Of a DNA stretch of 64,000 nt, positions 27,942-40,297 are shown in pieces. Source of the stretch: Eledone cirrhosa (lineage: Eukaryota). The position numbers and the translations under genes were made by a program. Position 1 is the stretch's first letter; every line of letters begins with the position of its first letter. The notes under the pieces are model-generated. The model was given only the letters and a program-made list of their open reading frames with translations, did not search any database and was not told the origin of the DNA. The stretch lies in assembly GCA_964016885.1 (NCBI GenBank), contig OZ024741.1, positions 253,146,001-253,210,000 on the forward strand, read 5' to 3'.

Positions 27942-28293
27942 TGGTTACACAACAGTTAGTTCACCATCCCGAGAACAATTGTTTCACCTTAGTGGATCCT
28001 CAGCTCGTAATGGACATGGTTATACAGAACAGGAAGGACAACCGTACGAACACGCATGTGCAGAAACCGGTCACTTCACACAGGCCATACTAAAATGCGT
28101 GCGAGAGATGTAAGGGAGATAACTGCGATAGTCCGAAAAGTTTTTAGTTGTCCATTACGAGCTGAGGATCCGCTAAGGTGAAACAATTGTTCTCGGTATG
28201 GTGAACTAACTGTTGTGTAACCACTTCTACCTAACTCGTCCCATGGACTGAGTGCTCTACCACTACGGATATTACCTTCCAGTGTTCTACCAC
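27941..28293 (+). mobile_element. Family B copy 2, with hammerhead cores on both strands (28158-28195 plus; about 27970-28007 minus)
   Basis: Matches 12871-13392 with a different inversion breakpoint; (TA)n flanks. Confidence 0.8.
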
Positions 28294-28375
28294 TATATAT
28301 ATATATCATCATCATTATCATCGTTTATTGTCCATCTTCCATGCAAGCATGTGTTAGACTATTAATATATATATA

Positions 28376-28434
<59 letters not shown>

Positions 28435-28569
28435 ATACATGTATGTGTATATATATATGTTTACGTAGAGTTTCGGAAAGGCTGAGCTTAAAATGTTTGT
28501 ATAGGTATATATAGGTATGTAGATATATAAGTGTGTGCATGTATATATGTGTATAAGTATGTTTATGTA

Positions 28570-29120
28570 GACCATATATCTAGAATAAGGACAGGATGGA
28601 AGAAATTTAGGGAACGGCTTTCTCTGTTGACACTGGAGGGTTTCTTCACACGAATGAAAGGTCAGCTGTATGATGCCTGTGTGAGATGCATGATGCTGCA
28701 TGGTAGTGAGACATGGGCAGCAACTGTTGAGGATATGCAATGGCTGGAGAGAAATGAAGCAACCAAGCTCTGTCTGAGGGATGTGTAATGTCAATGTGCC
28801 TGAATGATTAAGCATGGATGAGTTGAGCGTGAAACTGTGTATAAGAGCAATAAACTGTAGTGTGCGGGAGAGAAGACTGCATTGGTATGACTATGTGATG
28901 TGCATGGAAGATGACCGCTGGGTAAAGAAGTGGCAAGAAATCTTGGTGGAAGGAAGACGCGGTAGAGGAAGAACATGAAAAACATGGGTGGAGTTGGTGA
29001 GAGCTTACCTCAGATTACTGAAGCTGACAGAGGAGATGCCGAGGGACCGTGACAAATAGAGAGATGCTGTGCTGAAGAGGACCCATCCCCTCCTTGCAAG
29101 CAGGGAAAAGCGGATGTAAA

Positions 29121-29155
<35 letters not shown>
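28570..29155 (+). mobile_element. RTE LINE 3' fragment
   Basis: RIRTGWKKFRE..MLHGSETWA; ends GGAAAAGCGGATGTAAAA(TGA)n. Confidence 0.75.
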
Positions 29156-29393
29156 ATATATATATATATATAATCATCCTCATAATCATCGTTTTTGCAT
29201 CCACTTTCCTATGATGCCATGCACTGATCAGGACTTTTTGTGAAAATGTTTTATCGCCAGATGCCTTTCTTGACACCAACCCTTTTATTTTCTTCTTATG
29301 ACATGCAGTGATATGAAATGTCTATTCTAAACCAGATGTGTGTGTGCGTGTGTGTGTGTTCATACAATGTTGTAGTAGTGTATCGTATATATA

Positions 29394-29611
29394 CAAGGGA
29401 GCACTGAAAAGTTTCTGGGTTGATCTGCTGCTACAGATGCCTAGCTGGAGGCCCAACCTTCTGAGTTCTTTTTACAGGGCTTAGAAAAACTGAAGGACCG
29501 CTGCAATAAGTGTATGAATTTAAGAGGGGAATATGTTGAATAAGATCATAATTAACAGATCCTCCTGTATTTTCTTTTACACCAAGCCAGGAACTTTTCA
29601 TAACCCTCTCA
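29394..29611 (+). mobile_element. Mariner deletion derivative
   Basis: TIR-like ends CAAGGG..TGAAAAGTT / AACTTTTCA..CCCTC; internal GLEKLKDRCNKCMNLRGEYVE* resembles a mariner transposase C-terminus. Confidence 0.7.
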
Positions 29612-29613
29612 GA

Positions 29614-29646
<33 letters not shown>

Positions 29647-29786
29647 CATTTATGTTGGGCTGTTTACGAATGGGTTGGTAAATGATGATGCAATAAATTA
29701 ATTAAAGGACTCAACATTATCCAGATCATCCATTGTAGATGTGGTATCCAGTAGTTAGTGCAGGAATGGAGTAAAGTATTCATTAA

Positions 29787-29963
29787 CCCTTTAGCATTTA
29801 CATTACTCTATATATATACTATTGTATTTTCGTGGTAAAGCCTTTATTATCTCATGTTATTTATTTTGAAAACAATACAGTATGAGTGGCCAGTTACAGC
29901 CAGTTTGAACAGAATGAGGTGAGAGAATTCTGGCTGTATACAGCCAGTTTAAATGCTAAAAGG
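29787..29963. mobile_element. piggyBac-like MITE
   Basis: TTAA-CCCTTTAGCATTTA...TAAATGCTAAAAGG-TTAA. Confidence 0.8.
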
Positions 29964-30409
29964 TTAAAACAACAACAGAAGGCCAGACTGGAAAATTTAC
30001 TTCAGGATTTTAATCCCGCGAAAGCTTTATACATATTTAGAAGGCCCAGCTCTATCATCCGATTATGATGCAAGACTAGACGATTTCATCAGGTGTTATT
30101 TGAAGAATTATGTAACAGGATTATGTTGAACCCAAACATAGAATGGAATATAGGAGATAGAGAAAAAAATAAAAGACAGAAAATATTGGTAGCAGACTGT
30201 CCCCTCATATATGAGTGTGTGTGTAATGCAAGGATCATATATGGTACTATCATTTACTATTACTGACCTGAAGACTGAAGACCATATGGTACCATTAATG
30301 ACCAGTACACCATATATGTACCATTTCAGTGGGCCTTAAAAATATTTGTGGAGCCCATCTCCTCACAAAGCATGTTTGAGAAAAGCTGAGATATAAAAGT
30401 AGAACTTAC

Positions 30410-32809
30410 CAGAAGAACTGATTGAGGTCTTTTATCAATGGTTGATGTTGTCCATTCACTTTGTGACTCATATTGTGGGTAGAATTCTGCTTTAGTCTCT
30501 ATCAACTGAGTATTTCTGGCCATCATATCATTGGAACCCCTGTTTAGAGTATCAGATTTCTTAGTAACACATGTATAATGGCTCTTCTCCCTGTCAGAGT
30601 TTATTTCAGTGATATACTGGTTGTTTCTGTTATTGTTACACCTGACCACACACAGAGTTATGGACACTACAATAGCCACCGATACTATCACAGCAGATGT
30701 GACAATAACAATGACCCAGGTTAAGTTGATCATCTTATCAGACTGTAACTGGACGGTGGACAGGGCTGGAGATGTCTTGTTACTGACGGTCAGTGTCAAA
30801 GATACAGTAGTAGTTGCAGACAGAACTGGAATACCACTGTCTTTGACAGCAAAGACTAGTTGATATGATCCGGCATCATTTTGGTAAACTGACCGAGAAT
30901 ATGATAAGACACCTGTATAAGGGTTTATTGTAAATAACTGTTTAACATTGCCTGAAAGTATTTCATACCTGAGAAACGAATTCATATGACTGTCCCTGTC
31001 TGAAGCCCTTAATACAGTGATCTCCTTCTTACTTTGGGGATGATAGTGGACATCAAGACTGAAAGGGTCTGAACTAGGGAATGTGAAATAAGGGGTATTA
31101 TCGTTCTCATCTAAAACTTCAACAATGACCTTCGCTGTGTTATTTAGGGAAGGGTTTCCATTGTCTTTAACAAACACATGGAACTTATAAACATTTTGTT
31201 GTTCTCTATCCAGTGGTATGGTGGTTGAGATAAAACCATAATCAGTTATTTGGAATGGCATCATGTGTTTACTGGTACTCAACAGAGAAAATCTCAGTTG
31301 ACCTCCAGGTCCCGTATCAGGGTCTGTGGCATTAATAAAACCAATGGGAAAGTTTGGTTTCCCATTTTCATAAGTCAGAAATTTAAAAGTATTTTTGTTA
31401 AACATTGGTTTGACATCGTTGACATCCATTACTTTGATAGTAAACTTCTTTAAAGTCTGCAAAGGTGGGGTTCCTTTGTCTTGGCAAGAAATGGTAATAT
31501 CATAATGGTCCCGTATCTCCCTGTCAACAGATTGTTTCAATGTCATCTTATATTCATTAGAACCCAAGTCCATTAGTTTAAATTTATTATGCTGCAGGCC
31601 ACACTTCACTTCTCCATTCTGGCCCATATTATTATCACTAACACTGACATAAGCTATAAAACTGTCAATATTTATTTTTTCTGAAATTGTTCCCACATTT
31701 CTGCTTAGTTCAGACACAAAATTAATGTCCACAATGGGAGGATTATTTTCAATATTCACCACTTGAATATATACAATTGCCATTGAACTAAGAGGAGGAT
31801 TCCCTCCATCTCTTGCTTCTACCAACAACTTGTAGGTCTTTTTATGTTTAGAAGTAAAGTTTTTTCTCAGAAAAATTGCACCTGATGTTTCATTAAGTTT
31901 AAAATATTCCTTGGCAATTAATGAAGTTTCTGTGCTGAACAAATAAGTCACCTGACCATTTTTACCAAAATCCAGATCACTGGCAGACAAAACAATCAAC
32001 GGTTGAGATAATTTATGAATATTGTTAATTGAACTGTTATAAATGTTTTTTGAAAAGATAGGCAAATTATCATTTTCATCTGTAACCAATATTTGGACAT
32101 TCAAGATACTTTGCTTCAGCTGGAACTTACTGTCTTTGGCGACAACCTGCAGTAGATAACTACTTTTAGTCTCTCGATCAAGTTTCTCATCTAGAACAAT
32201 TCCAAGTTTAGAACTTCCACTCATTCGTTTAGTAACTGATAAGGAGAATGGTTCATTTATCTTCTTCCTTAATTCATATGTTATTCTGGAGTTCTGAATA
32301 CTAACATCACGGTCAATGGCACTTGGAACTGACCTCTCAACGCCATTCCGGTCATCCTCTGAAAACTGGATTTCAATTTGTTCAACAGGGAACTCTGGTC
32401 GTTGGTCATTAATATCTTCAATGATAACTTTGACCTTAAGTATTTTCATAAATGACTCCATCTTGCGGACAGCAATTTTCAGAATCTTGAAACATTCGGT
32501 GTTGTATGAACATAAAGTTTCTGCATCTACAGTTTGTGTTGTGTAAAGTTTACCCTCACTGGTTACATTGAATAATTGAACAGCGCTGGTGTCTCGTTTT
32601 TCAAGCATATCAAAAGATATGAGGCTGTGGTCTTTTGATGCAACATTGTTCAACAACCACAGGTCTGTAGCAATATTTCCTATATAGCTGTTGGGACTAT
32701 TCTCTTCTTCCAAGTGGTAGGTGACATCAACAGAGAGTGACACATGGAAGAAGAAGAAAAGGAGCACAAACAGTTCCAGCGACATTCCAAGAGTTCCAGT
32801 TCTTTTCAT
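30410..32809 (-). CDS. Protocadherin, large coding exon (800 codons: signal peptide, EC1-EC6, TM, start of cytoplasmic tail)
   Basis: ORF 30326-32809 has a hydrophobic leader (LELFVLLFFFFHVSLS), EC1 C-x5-C (CSYNTEC), cadherin motifs DINDQRPEF, DRD, LDRE, DENDNLPIF, DGGNPPLS, DVNDVKPMF, DENDNTPYF and TM segment WVIVIVTSAVIVSVAIVVSITLCVV. Donor CTG|GTAAGT at 30410/30409 gives exactly 2400 nt (phase 0), so the last 27 aa of the raw ORF are probably intronic. Confidence 0.95.
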
Positions 32810-32862
32810 ATCCTCAGCTTCTACTCACGGATGTTAACATTTCTGAAATGGAAAAAAAAATC
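32810..32862 (-). promoter_or_regulatory. Splice acceptor and short 5' UTR segment upstream of the Pcdh ATG
   Basis: Minus strand reads T-rich tract-CCATTTCAG|AAATG with AG at 32844-32843, 33 nt before the ATG. This implies a non-coding first exon further upstream. Confidence 0.7.
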
Positions 32863-33349
32863 ACAAAAAGACATATTTAGAAAAAGAGAAGAAAGTATAT
32901 GTTTGTGTGCATGTACATGTGGTATTTCAGCCGGCCCTTTACATTCAGAGTTCAAATCCCATTAAAGTCATCTTTGCCTTGATAAAAAGGGGTTGATAAA
33001 ATAAGGTACCAGTTAAGTACAGGAGTCGACGTAATCGACTTTAGTTTCCTCAAATTGTTCACCTTGTGCTAATATTAGAAACCTTTCATCGGCTGGTTTC
33101 GTGCTGTTACTTTGATACTAAACTCTACCGCTCAACATGAGATATTTTTCTCCACAAAGTTTGATCACCAGCAGCAGAGTTTAAAGAGCGAAGATCAAGT
33201 CCAGTCCATAGGTTAACATTGTCAAGCCATTATTTTGGCTGCTGGCCTCTGCTTCTCTTACCAGCCAACCTTCCGATCAGACATAACCTACTCATACCAC
33301 GAGTTGATCTTTTTATATGACCATATAGTTTGAGTACTCTTGAAGTGAC

Positions 33350-33808
33350 TGTAGCAAGGGTTGCCTCCCTTGTCATGACAATCTCATCACCGCTCTCTAG
33401 ACAGGAAGTAGTTGGAGTTGCTTCCCTTTGGGGTGATAGAACCCTGTTGGTCACTTCCGGTCAGACCCTATAAAAGGAACAGGTTAGGACGATCTCTCTC
33501 CCTCGCCTCCTGAATTCCAAAGTGGTAACACCTGCGACCTTAGCATGAGATGATTCCTTTCTCATAATCCTTCGCCACCAAGAAGAATGCAAGCGGCGGC
33601 CTAAGAGCCTAAGAAGATGTTAACACCTCCTAGAGAAGATCTCTGTTCTTCTCTACACACTTCAGCCTAGGAGTTGTGATCCACGGGTAATGATTCATTT
33701 ATATTAATCCATTTGACTTCTATGAAGTAAAAACATTATCACAACACACACCGGCATTTATTGTCTTTTGTAATAATTTTATATGTACACCGATACTAAT
33801 CTCCTAAA
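33350..33808 (+). repeat. 5' LTR (459 bp)
   Basis: TGTAGCAAG...ATCTCCTAAA; direct repeat of 38824-39280 with roughly a dozen differences by eye; internal CTATAAAAG TATA-like motif. Confidence 0.95.
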
Positions 33809-33809
33809 G

Positions 33810-33828
33810 TGGTGACCCCCGACGTGAT
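33810..33828 (+). other. Primer binding site complementary to the tRNA-Trp 3' end
   Basis: TGGTGACCCCCGACGTGAT, 1 nt after the LTR, matches the complement of the metazoan tRNA-Trp end (ATCACGTCGGGGTCACCA) with one extra C. Confidence 0.85.
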
Positions 33829-34218
33829 TTAAAAAAAAAAAATGGGAAATTGTTTAAGGTGTATATAGAAAAAAAAACAGAAGAAAAAGAAAAAAAACAA
33901 CAATTTAATACAAAACGAACACCTACAGTTATTGACACACAAACAAACAGCAATTGTATGAATGTTTTTGCCTTTTTTTTTCTCTCCTTTTCTGCCCTTC
34001 TCTTCTATGGCTAAAAAATTTGAGGATGACAAGATGGAGTCTCTCTTCTCCATCATTAGTGTTTTTGGCGCGAAATAGTCCGCCATGTTGGATTTTGTTT
34101 TAAGTTCCTTGCCCTTACCTTAGTAATAACAGCATTCAGTTAATCGCTTCTTTGCATATTGTCCCGGATGTGGCGTTGGGGACATTTTTCCAAACGGTAA
34201 ATTGCCTACGGTATACCA

Positions 34219-35013
34219 ATGGCTTCTCACTCTGTTCTGCCAACGTACACGGGCGACGTAAGGCTATGGTTCGCCCAGCTAGAAGCATTTTTCAAGGCGA
34301 ACAGAGTTGACGAGGAACTACAACGTCCTCTGGTCCTTAGCGCAATTCCGCCGGCAATTCTCCCAGCGATTAAGCACCTGGTGTTAGAGACACCCACATA
34401 CTTGACGTACACGTCTCTAAAGGCTGAAATACTCAGCCGGACAGAACAGTCTTCAGAAAAAAGGTTTAGGGCTTTGGTCCATCTGGAGCATATAGGGGAT
34501 GGCACCCCATCGAACCTCCTAAGGCGAATGAAGGACCTAACGGAGGGGTCGGTAGCGGAAACTGCCCTACTGAAGCAGTTGTTCTTCTCGCGCCTGCCGA
34601 CCAACGTACAGGCAATTTTAGCCCCCATGAGGGATACAAGCACGGTGGATCAGCTTGCCTCATCTGCAGACAAAGTTTTCGAGGTGACGAATGCCGGAGG
34701 CAGCGACCCCCTTGCCGCTGTTCACCACCCAGCTCGGGCCACACACGGCCATGCGATCTACGCGGCAGCGCCAATAGACAGCTCAACCATTATGGCGATG
34801 CAAAGGTCCATTCAGGAACTCACCATAGAGCTCCATAAGATGAAGGCCTTGTGTGGTGCTCGTTCGCGCCCCCGCAGTCGCGGGAGATCGCAAAGTTTTA
34901 GACGTCGTTCTAAATCACCAGCTTCATCTTTATGCTGGTACCACGAGCGATTTGCTGAGAACGCGAATCACCGCGTGCAACCTTGCTCCTTTCATAAGGC
35001 GGGAAACGCCTAA
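34219..35013 (+). CDS. gag: Gypsy gag-like protein
   Basis: Intact 264-aa ORF with WFAQLEAFF, GDGTPSNLLRRM, LFFSRLP and a C-terminal CWYH-x-RF...PC motif typical of this Gypsy group. Confidence 0.88.
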   Translation: MASHSVLPTYTGDVRLWFAQLEAFFKANRVDEELQRPLVLSAIPPAILPAIKHLVLETPTYLTYTSLKAEILSRTEQSSEKRFRALVHLEHIGDGTPSNLLRRMKDLTEGSVAETALLKQLFFSRLPTNVQAILAPMRDTSTVDQLASSADKVFEVTNAGGSDPLAAVHHPARATHGHAIYAAAPIDSSTIMAMQRSIQELTIELHKMKALCGARSRPRSRGRSQSFRRRSKSPASSLCWYHERFAENANHRVQPCSFHKAGNA

Positions 35014-38000
35014 GAGGTCCGCTGATGGGGACAGCTGACCTCAACATAAAGCCACCAAACCGCCATTTCTTCATTAAGGACCTCATGTCCGGAAGAGGTT
35101 TCCTCGTGGATACAGGAGCCTCCTGTAGTATTTGGCTGGTCCATTGCTTGAAAGATACCCCCATAGAGTCATCTGTTACGCTGCAGGCAGTTAACCACTC
35201 GTCTATAAAGACGTAGGGGAAAATCTCGCTTCCTCTCAAATTCATCAATCTTCGTAGGGATTTTAAGTGGATTTTTACGGTTGCCGATTTGCTCCCACAA
35301 CTTCTCTTTAACTGTGGACGTCCGTGGCCAACGCCTAGTGGATAATATCACCGGTTTTTCAATTCATGGCCAAGAAGCCAATGCTCCAATAGTCAGCCCC
35401 ATGTTCTTCGTCGCTGCCGCTGGAGACGCCTACCATTCGTTGCTGGGTTCTTTCCCGGAGCTCACGGATGGAAATTTTCGAGTCACTGAGCCAACACACT
35501 CGACCGAACATTTCGTTTCCACCACCGGCGCTCCAGTATTTTTGCGTCCACGCCGCTTACCGACGGAAAAATTAAAGGCAGCACGGTCCGAGTTCGACCA
35601 TATGCTGCAGCTGGGCATTATTCGCCCATCTACGAGTCCTTGGGCTTCACCGTTACACATGGTGCCCAAGACTTCCGGCAACTGGAGACCCACTGAGGAT
35701 TATAGGAGGTTAAATGCCATGACCGTCCCGGATAGGTATCCCATTCCCCATTTCCAGGATTTTGCATCTTCACTGCAGGGGTGTAAGATTTTTTCAAAGT
35801 TAGATTTAGTGCGAGCCTACCACCAAACTCCGGTCAGGAAGGAGGATATTCCGAAAATGGCGATTACAACCCCTTTCAGATCCTTCGAATTTTTTACCAT
35901 GCCTTTCGGACTCAGGAACGCCGCTAGTACTTTTCAGCGGTTCATAGACGAGGTCACGCGTGGTCTGGACTTCGTTTATGCTTACATAGACGATATTCTC
36001 GTCGCTAGTTCCTCTCCGGAAGAGCATATGCGCCACATGCTTCTCTTATTTCGGCGACTTCAGGATTACCGCGTTCGTGTGAATCCAGCAAAGTGTGTTT
36101 TCGGTTCCACTTCCCTAAATTCTTTAGACCACCTCATCGACGCCGAAGGTATTAGGCCGCTCCCTCAGCGAGTTCAAGCCATACAGGAGTTATCTCCGCC
36201 TACTACACTTCACCAGTTGCGTCACTTCTTAGGCCTAATCAATTTCTATAGGCGTTTCCTTCCTCATTGTGCTAATTTGCTATCTTCCCTTACTGACATT
36301 TAAAAAAATCGTCGCAAGAAGAATGAAGACATTTCCTTGACACAAGGACAGCTTCAAGACTTCCAGACTGCCAAGACAGCACTCGCTAGTTCATCTTTGC
36401 TAGCCCACCCGGTACCAGAGGCCAAGCTTTCGCTTTGTGTTGATGCATCTGATACCGTTGTGGGAGCAGTTTTACAGCAGTCCTACGCTGAAAACCAACA
36501 ACCTTTGGCATTTTTCTCGAGGAAGTTGAAACCAGCAGAAACGCGTTATAGCACGTTTGGGCGGGAATTATTAGCCATATATCTGTCGGTGAAACTTTTC
36601 TCTCATATTCTTGAGGGGAGAAATTTTACAGTTTTTACCGACCACAAACCGTTGACCTTCGCTTTGAGGGCCAAAGCCGACAGATATTCGCCCAGAGAGA
36701 CAAGGCACCTGGACTACGTTTCACAATTTACAAACGATATCCAGCACATTGCCGGCTCGCACAACATAGCTGCAGACGCATTGTCACGTTTGCCAATCAG
36801 CTCCATCTCGTCATCCCAGGAGATCGACTTAGGTCGTTTAGCTGCAGACCAACCTGCACTCCAATCGTTGGACACTCTTTCTGCTGAATTTGCGACTTGC
36901 ATTTTCAAATATCTGCCCTTGTCCACCACCGACAGGAAGATTCTATGTGATGTATCTACGGATGCACCACGACCATTTGTTCCTGAGACTCACCGTCGAA
37001 TTGTGTTCCTGGCTTTGCACAACATTTCTCATCCAGGATCTGCTGCCACAGTTAAACTCAGTTAAACAGCCAGATTCTTCTGGCCAAATATGAGGCGCGA
37101 CATTGCTGCTTGGTGCCGTTCCTGCATCGCTTGCCAGAAATCGAAAATCCATAGACGCATCCGGACTCCACTTGGTACTTTTAGTACTCCAGATGCTCGG
37201 TTTCAACACATCCACATTGACATCGTTGGACCATGGCCATTCAGCAGTGGATATTCATACATATTGACCTGTGTCGATCGTTTTTCGCGATGGCCTGAAG
37301 CCATCCCTTTACAAGACATGACTGCTGAGACTGTAGCACGTGCCCTGGTATCAGGGTGGATTACCTGCTTTGGGGTACCAACTACACTCACCACAAACCG
37401 TGGTAGACAATTCGAGTCCCATCTCTTCTCTGAGCTCACAAAAATAATTGGAGCTCAACGGATTCGGACCACAGCCTATCATCCTGCTGTAAATGGAATG
37501 GTGGAACGATTCCACCGCCAATTAAAGGCCGCTCTTCGCGCCTATCCAGACTCTCAACGTTGGAGCGAGTACCTTCCTATTGTGTTGTTAGGAATTCGGT
37601 CATCAATAAAGGAGGACCTTGGGTTCTCCCCGGCCGAATTACTTTACGGTGCCCCTCTAGCGTTGCCTGGGCAAATGCTTGCCCCTGTTGATCTTGCTTT
37701 CCAAGATCCGCTTTCCTACGTATCCCGTCTGCGTTCTTATTTTCAGGACCTGCCGCCGATGGATACGAGGAAACAAACTGTAAAACCTGCGGTCCCGAGG
37801 GATATTGCCTCGTGGACCCATGTGTTCGTAAGGAACGATGCTGTGAGACCACCCCTCACACAACCATACTCTGGACCCTACCGTGTGTTAGCACGTACTG
37901 ACAAACATTTCACTGTAGACGTTAAGGGGTCTAGAGAGACAATTTCGGTGGATAGACTGAAAAGGGCACACAATGACGCTCATACACCCGAGCCACAAAT

Positions 38001-38130
38001 ACCCCAATCTTTCTCTCTTGTGCATACACCTGCTCCTTCTGCCCCACCTTCACCTACATACAAGACTACGACCCGTTCCGGTCGGAGAGTCCACTGGCCC
38101 AAAAGGTTCTGCCAAACTATTTTTATGTGA
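35001..38130 (+). pseudogene. pol: Gypsy pol (protease, RT, RNase H, integrase), disrupted
   Basis: FLVDTGAS; [30 protein letters not shown]; DAS...YSTFGRELLAI, TDHKPL; H-H-C-C zinc finger, [25 protein letters not shown]. Stops at 35214-16, 36301-03 and 37063-65, plus a frameshift near 35290. Confidence 0.93.
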
Positions 38131-38823
38131 ACTGGCCACTGGAGCCTTATTTTTTTTTTGCTGTTCTTGTTATTTCTTTCTTTATTGTATGACTATGTAC
38201 CTCTCATTACCATTTCACTGGATGTATATATATGTTCTTCGTTTCTGCTTACAACGAACATTTTTAAAGAAATTTGATTTTTTTTTTACACATTTCGATA
38301 TGAACACTTATTTTCGCTGAATCTCAACTATTGCTTATTCTTTCCACCAAGCTATATTCTTCTATTTGCCGGTTTAAAAATTTACCACGTAAATTTGCCG
38401 TTGAAAACTGCGCATTTATTCAGAATGCTTATTTCTCTGGTCGCTGGCCTCTTGACCCTTCCAGGTCAACGCATTCACAACATCAACAATAACAACACAG
38501 CTTCATCAACAACCAAAACCAGCAGAACAAGCCAGAGAATTTATTTCTGCAGTACTCTTCCTGTGAGAAATTTCCTGCGGAAGTCGGAAATTTCACATTA
38601 TACCACAGACCAGAAACCACCTGCATTCATTCTCCGGAACACATTCTTTCCTGCTGTCATGTGATTGCACATATGTGAACTGTTTTGTGAACATTTGAAC
38701 TTTGACCTCTTCTCTTACTTTGATTACATTGTATCATAATGTTCATGCCTCTTACATGCTCGCCATCTTACTCCATGCATGCTTCATTCGATTTTTATGT
38801 TTTAAAAATCTGGCGGAAGGTAA

Positions 38824-39280
38824 TGTAGCAAGAGTTGCCTCCCTTGTCATGACAATCTCATCATCGCTCTCTAGACAGGAAGTAGCTGGAATTGCTTCCC
38901 TTTGGGGTGATAGAACCCTGTTGGTCACTTCCGGTCAGACCCTATAAAAGGAACAGGTTAGGACGATCTCTCTCTCGCCTCCTGAATTCCAAAGTGGTAA
39001 CACCTGCGACCTTAGCATGAGATGATTCCTTTCTCATAATCCTTCGCCACCAAGAAGAATGCAACCAGCAGCCTAAGAGCCTAAGAAGATGTTAACACCT
39101 CCTAGAGAAGATCTCTGTTCTTCTCTACACACTTCAGCCTAGGAGTTGTGATCCACAGGTAATGATTCATTTATATTAATCCCTTTGACTTCTATGAAGT
39201 AAAATCATTATCATAACACACACCGGCATTTATTGTCTTTTGTAATAATTTTATATGTACACCGATACTAATCTCCTAAA
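38824..39280 (+). repeat. 3' LTR (457 bp)
   Basis: Copy of the 5' LTR, preceded by purine-rich GGCGGAAGGTAA (PPT-like). Confidence 0.95.
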
Positions 39281-40297
39281 TGACCTTGTCGTCCAATTAA
39301 CACAGTCAAGACTATATAATACAACTGGTAGGGTATAAGTATCAAAGATCTTAGCCTTCAAATGATAGGAAACTTGTTTTGATGTTAGTACTTCTTTGTT
39401 CTTTTTGAAAGCTGCCCAGCCTTGAACAATGCGATACTGTGCAGCAACCATTTCATTGTTGTTTGATAGTTTGTGACCGAAATATACAAACTCCATAACT
39501 TAAGCAATTTGCTGGTTGTAGATTGTGAGCTGGAGATTGGCATTGTTTTTATCAGTTGTCATACACTTTGTTTTGGAGATATTGATGTGCAAGCCAGCCT
39601 CCAGTGAATGTTTGGCCAGTACATTCAGAAAGTCTTGCAGATCAGTTCTAGAGTAACTCAAGATGGCCAGGTCGTCTGCATAGCTAAGATTTGATAAGAC
39701 TTTACCTCCTATTTGATAGCCAGAGGTAAATTTGATAGTCAGTTTGGTAAATAAGTGCAGCTATAACTATACAGAGAGGAAGTGCTGATAGCACATCCTC
39801 CTACTTAACTCCCTTCATGATGTCTATACACTGTGTAGTTCCCAAGTCTGTTTTGATATATGCTGTTAAGTTGGTGTAAGTTTCGTTCAGTAGGTTGATG
39901 TATTTGTTGTTAATTGAGGTCTTGTTTAAGAGTTGCCACAAGCTGGGTAGTTTCACATTTGTGAAATCAATGAAGGTGATGTGTACAGGATTGTTGAATT
40001 CTATTGATTTTCCAATGATTTGTTCAATAGCTAGGATCTGTTCAATGGTGCCCCTTCTAGGTTGATATGCAGCTTGTGTTTCAGGAAATTAAGCATAAAG
40101 GTCTGACTTCACTTGTGCTGCAATGATACTCATGAAAAGCTTGTAAATGTGACTCAGTAGGTTGATAGGATGATAGTTCCCACAAACAAGTCTGCTACCT
40201 TTTTGTAGAGTACAATTATCAATGCTTTCTTGAACATGTCTGGGCTTTTTCCTGTAATGATAATACAGTTAAAAAGATGTTGAAGTGCTTTGATAAC

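Larger units (their letters stand above)
33350..39280 (+). mobile_element. Ty3/Gypsy LTR retrotransposon, full length, pol inactivated
   Basis: Two near-identical LTRs, 4-bp TSD TGAC (33346-33349 and 39281-39284), PBS, gag, and PR-RT-RH-IN domain order. Confidence 0.96.

Noticed and set aside
26990-29785. Inverted pair (about 27000-27100 and 29680-29785) as TIRs of one large transposon
   Set aside because: The copies are strongly diverged with no TSD or defined termini; more likely two independent copies of a dispersed repeat.
30326-30409. Last 27 codons of the Pcdh ORF as true C-terminus
   Set aside because: Begins at a consensus GTAAGT donor, so it is most likely intron; a read-through isoform cannot be excluded.
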